This document shows, piece after piece, positions 61,224-64,000 of a stretch of 64,000 nt of DNA. The stretch comes from the human T2T-CHM13v2.0 reference genome, Homo sapiens, in the NCBI RefSeq assembly GCF_009914755.1, contig NC_060948.1, one strand, 5' to 3'. Made by a program: the position numbers and the translations under genes. The stretch's first letter is position 1. Each line of letters begins with the position of its first letter. A model generated the notes under the pieces. The model saw only the letters and a list, made by a program, of their open reading frames with translations, was not told where the DNA came from and searched no databases.

Positions 61224-61794
61224 AGATCCATATTTTTTAAATGAAAAAAAATTTCAAAGGTACTCTGCTTGGTACAATAATCAAATGTATAAACTGAGGA
61301 ATAAAACATAACCATGAAACCTACTTATAACTGCATATGGAAAATACAGAGGATAATTTTTTAAATAACATATTTTGAAAGCCTTAACTAGTAATTTGAA
61401 GAGTTGGCATTTGAAAGGCCAGTATGAATATACCTTCAAAGCAGCAACACAGGTTCCCCATGAGAAAAAGCAAACACAGGGAAAATAAAAACACAAAGGT
61501 TCAATCTCTTCTGACCTTTGAAAGACACAGCACAGACAGTGGTCCTTAGGACGAAGAGCAGGAGACCCCTAATTCCGTCACCATGGCGATAGGGCATAAA
61601 CATTGCTGGGTGAGGGCACAATCCACATTGTGAGGTCCAACTGCTGCCAGGAAGACAGGAGTGCTTTTACATAGACCGAAAGGTCATTGAAGGCTCAGAG
61701 TTTTGTTTCAAGAACTGAATCCCAAGCCCACACGTTATTAGGCTGCGCTTCTTAAAACAAGTGATGAGATGGGAAAAAGGGCACCCACAAACAT
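61224..61794. repeat. HSATI-type subunit, copy 26
   Basis: Near-identical to 710-1280. Confidence 0.8.
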
Positions 61795-63326
61795 ACGTAT
61801 ACATTATGTATATAATAATATACAGTATCATATATATAATATATATAACCTATGTATAATATTGTTTTACATCCTGCATCTTATGTTATATATATTGTAT
61901 AAAATATAATAATTGATAATATATAAGTTTTATAATTATACAATATGACATATAGTATATATTATAATTTATGACATATATAATATATGTTATATATCAT
62001 ATATAGAATATATTATACGGTTAATATACGTATTAAATGTAAATTATACCTTATATATATTATATATAATATAACTGTTATATATAATACCCATTATGCA
62101 TAATATATATATTATGTCTATGTTATATATAGTATAAAACAACATATAATAATATATAATTGTATATATAAAATGCGACATATAATATATATTATATTTT
62201 ATAACATATGTAATATATATTATATATTATATATAATACGTTGTATGTATAATACCTATATTAAATATATATTATATGACTATGTTATTAATTACATGTC
62301 ACATGTGTTATATATTATATATTTTACATAGAATATACCGGTTACATACAATATATACTATGTTACCTATAATGTATAATTTATTACATGTAAAATAAAG
62401 AATGCAATATATTATGTATAATTTATAATATACAATATGTGGAATGTGATATATGTAACATATAATATATGATATATGATATACAGTATATGATATATAA
62501 CATACAATATATGATTCCTAATATATATGGTATACAATATATATTTTATGATATGTATTCTATATATTTTATATTCTGTTATATATAACTATTTGAAATT
62601 ATATATAACTGTATAATATTTTATGTAAATATGTAATATAATATATATAACTATATAATATATTATATATAACTATATATTATGTTATGTATACTTTTAT
62701 AACATAATTTACAAAAAATATCATAATATAATATATATTATATTATTTCATATTACATAATATATATTACATATCACCCAATATAACTAACATACATAAT
62801 ATTATAATATAGATTATATTATGTTATATTAAATATCATATATATCATGTATCATATATTCTATAATATATATTACACATTATATAATATGTATGCTGTC
62901 TATTATGTGATATATATAACTATATATAATTATATTTTTATACATATAACTAGATAAACATGTAATTCTACATATTTTCATTTATAATATGTAGAATTAT
63001 ATAATCATATATAATTATTTATATTCTATAAAAAATTTTATCATTATATAAATTATAATATATAAAAATTATAATATGTACTACAAATATATATATTATA
63101 TATCATATATGATATAGTACCTTTGTTATATATCATAATACATATAAATGTGTATTATGTTATCTATAATTATATAATTTCATATATAAGGTGTATAATA
63201 TGTATCATATATTATATATGTTATGTAATATATATAGTATATATAAGATGACACAGGATAAATATTATATACTATGACATATAAAATATATGAGGTTATA
63301 TGTTACATATAAGGCATAGCACATAA

Positions 63327-63641
<315 letters not shown>

Positions 63642-64000
63642 AGATCCATATTTTTTAAATGAAAAAAAATTTCAAAGGTACTCTGCTTGGTACAATAATC
63701 AAATGTATAAACTGAGGAATAAAACATAACCATGAAACCTACTTATAACTGCATATGGAAAATACAGAGGATAATTTTTTAAATAACATATTTTGAAAGC
63801 CTTAACTAGTAATTTGAAGAGTTGGCATTTGAAAGGCCAGTATGAATATACCTTCAAAGCAGCAACACAGGTTCCCCATGAGAAAAAGCAAACACAGGGA
63901 AAATAAAAACACAAAGGTTCAATCTCTTCTGACCTTTGAAAGACACAGCACAGACAGTGGTCCTTAGGACGAAGAGCAGGAGACCCCTAATTCCGTCACC
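63642..64000. repeat. HSATI-type subunit, copy 27 (cut by window end)
   Basis: Matches 710-1068. Confidence 0.8.

Overview
The whole 64 kb is one uninterrupted head-to-tail tandem array of a ~2.42 kb composite monomer (about 26.4 units; 27 Alu copies; spacings only 2418, 2420 or 2422 bp). Each monomer is a minus-strand, slightly 5'-truncated, diverged Alu (~292 bp), a ~570 bp mixed-sequence segment (HSATI-type) and ~1.56 kb of extremely AT-rich degenerate (TA)n-like sequence. This architecture, and a predicted 2148 bp HaeIII fragment, match the human DYZ2 / HSat1B satellite, found mainly in Yq12 heterochromatin. I see no genes, RNA genes or CRISPR, and no evidence of a new protein-coding system; all listed ORFs look like repeat artefacts. 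The real signal is in the variants between copies: locally homogenised blocks, at least three separate 2-monomer (~4.84 kb) higher-order patterns (one with a breakpoint mappable to ~200 bp), one divergent outlier monomer, and patchwork variant sharing suggesting gene conversion. Variants were read by eye and need confirmation by alignment.
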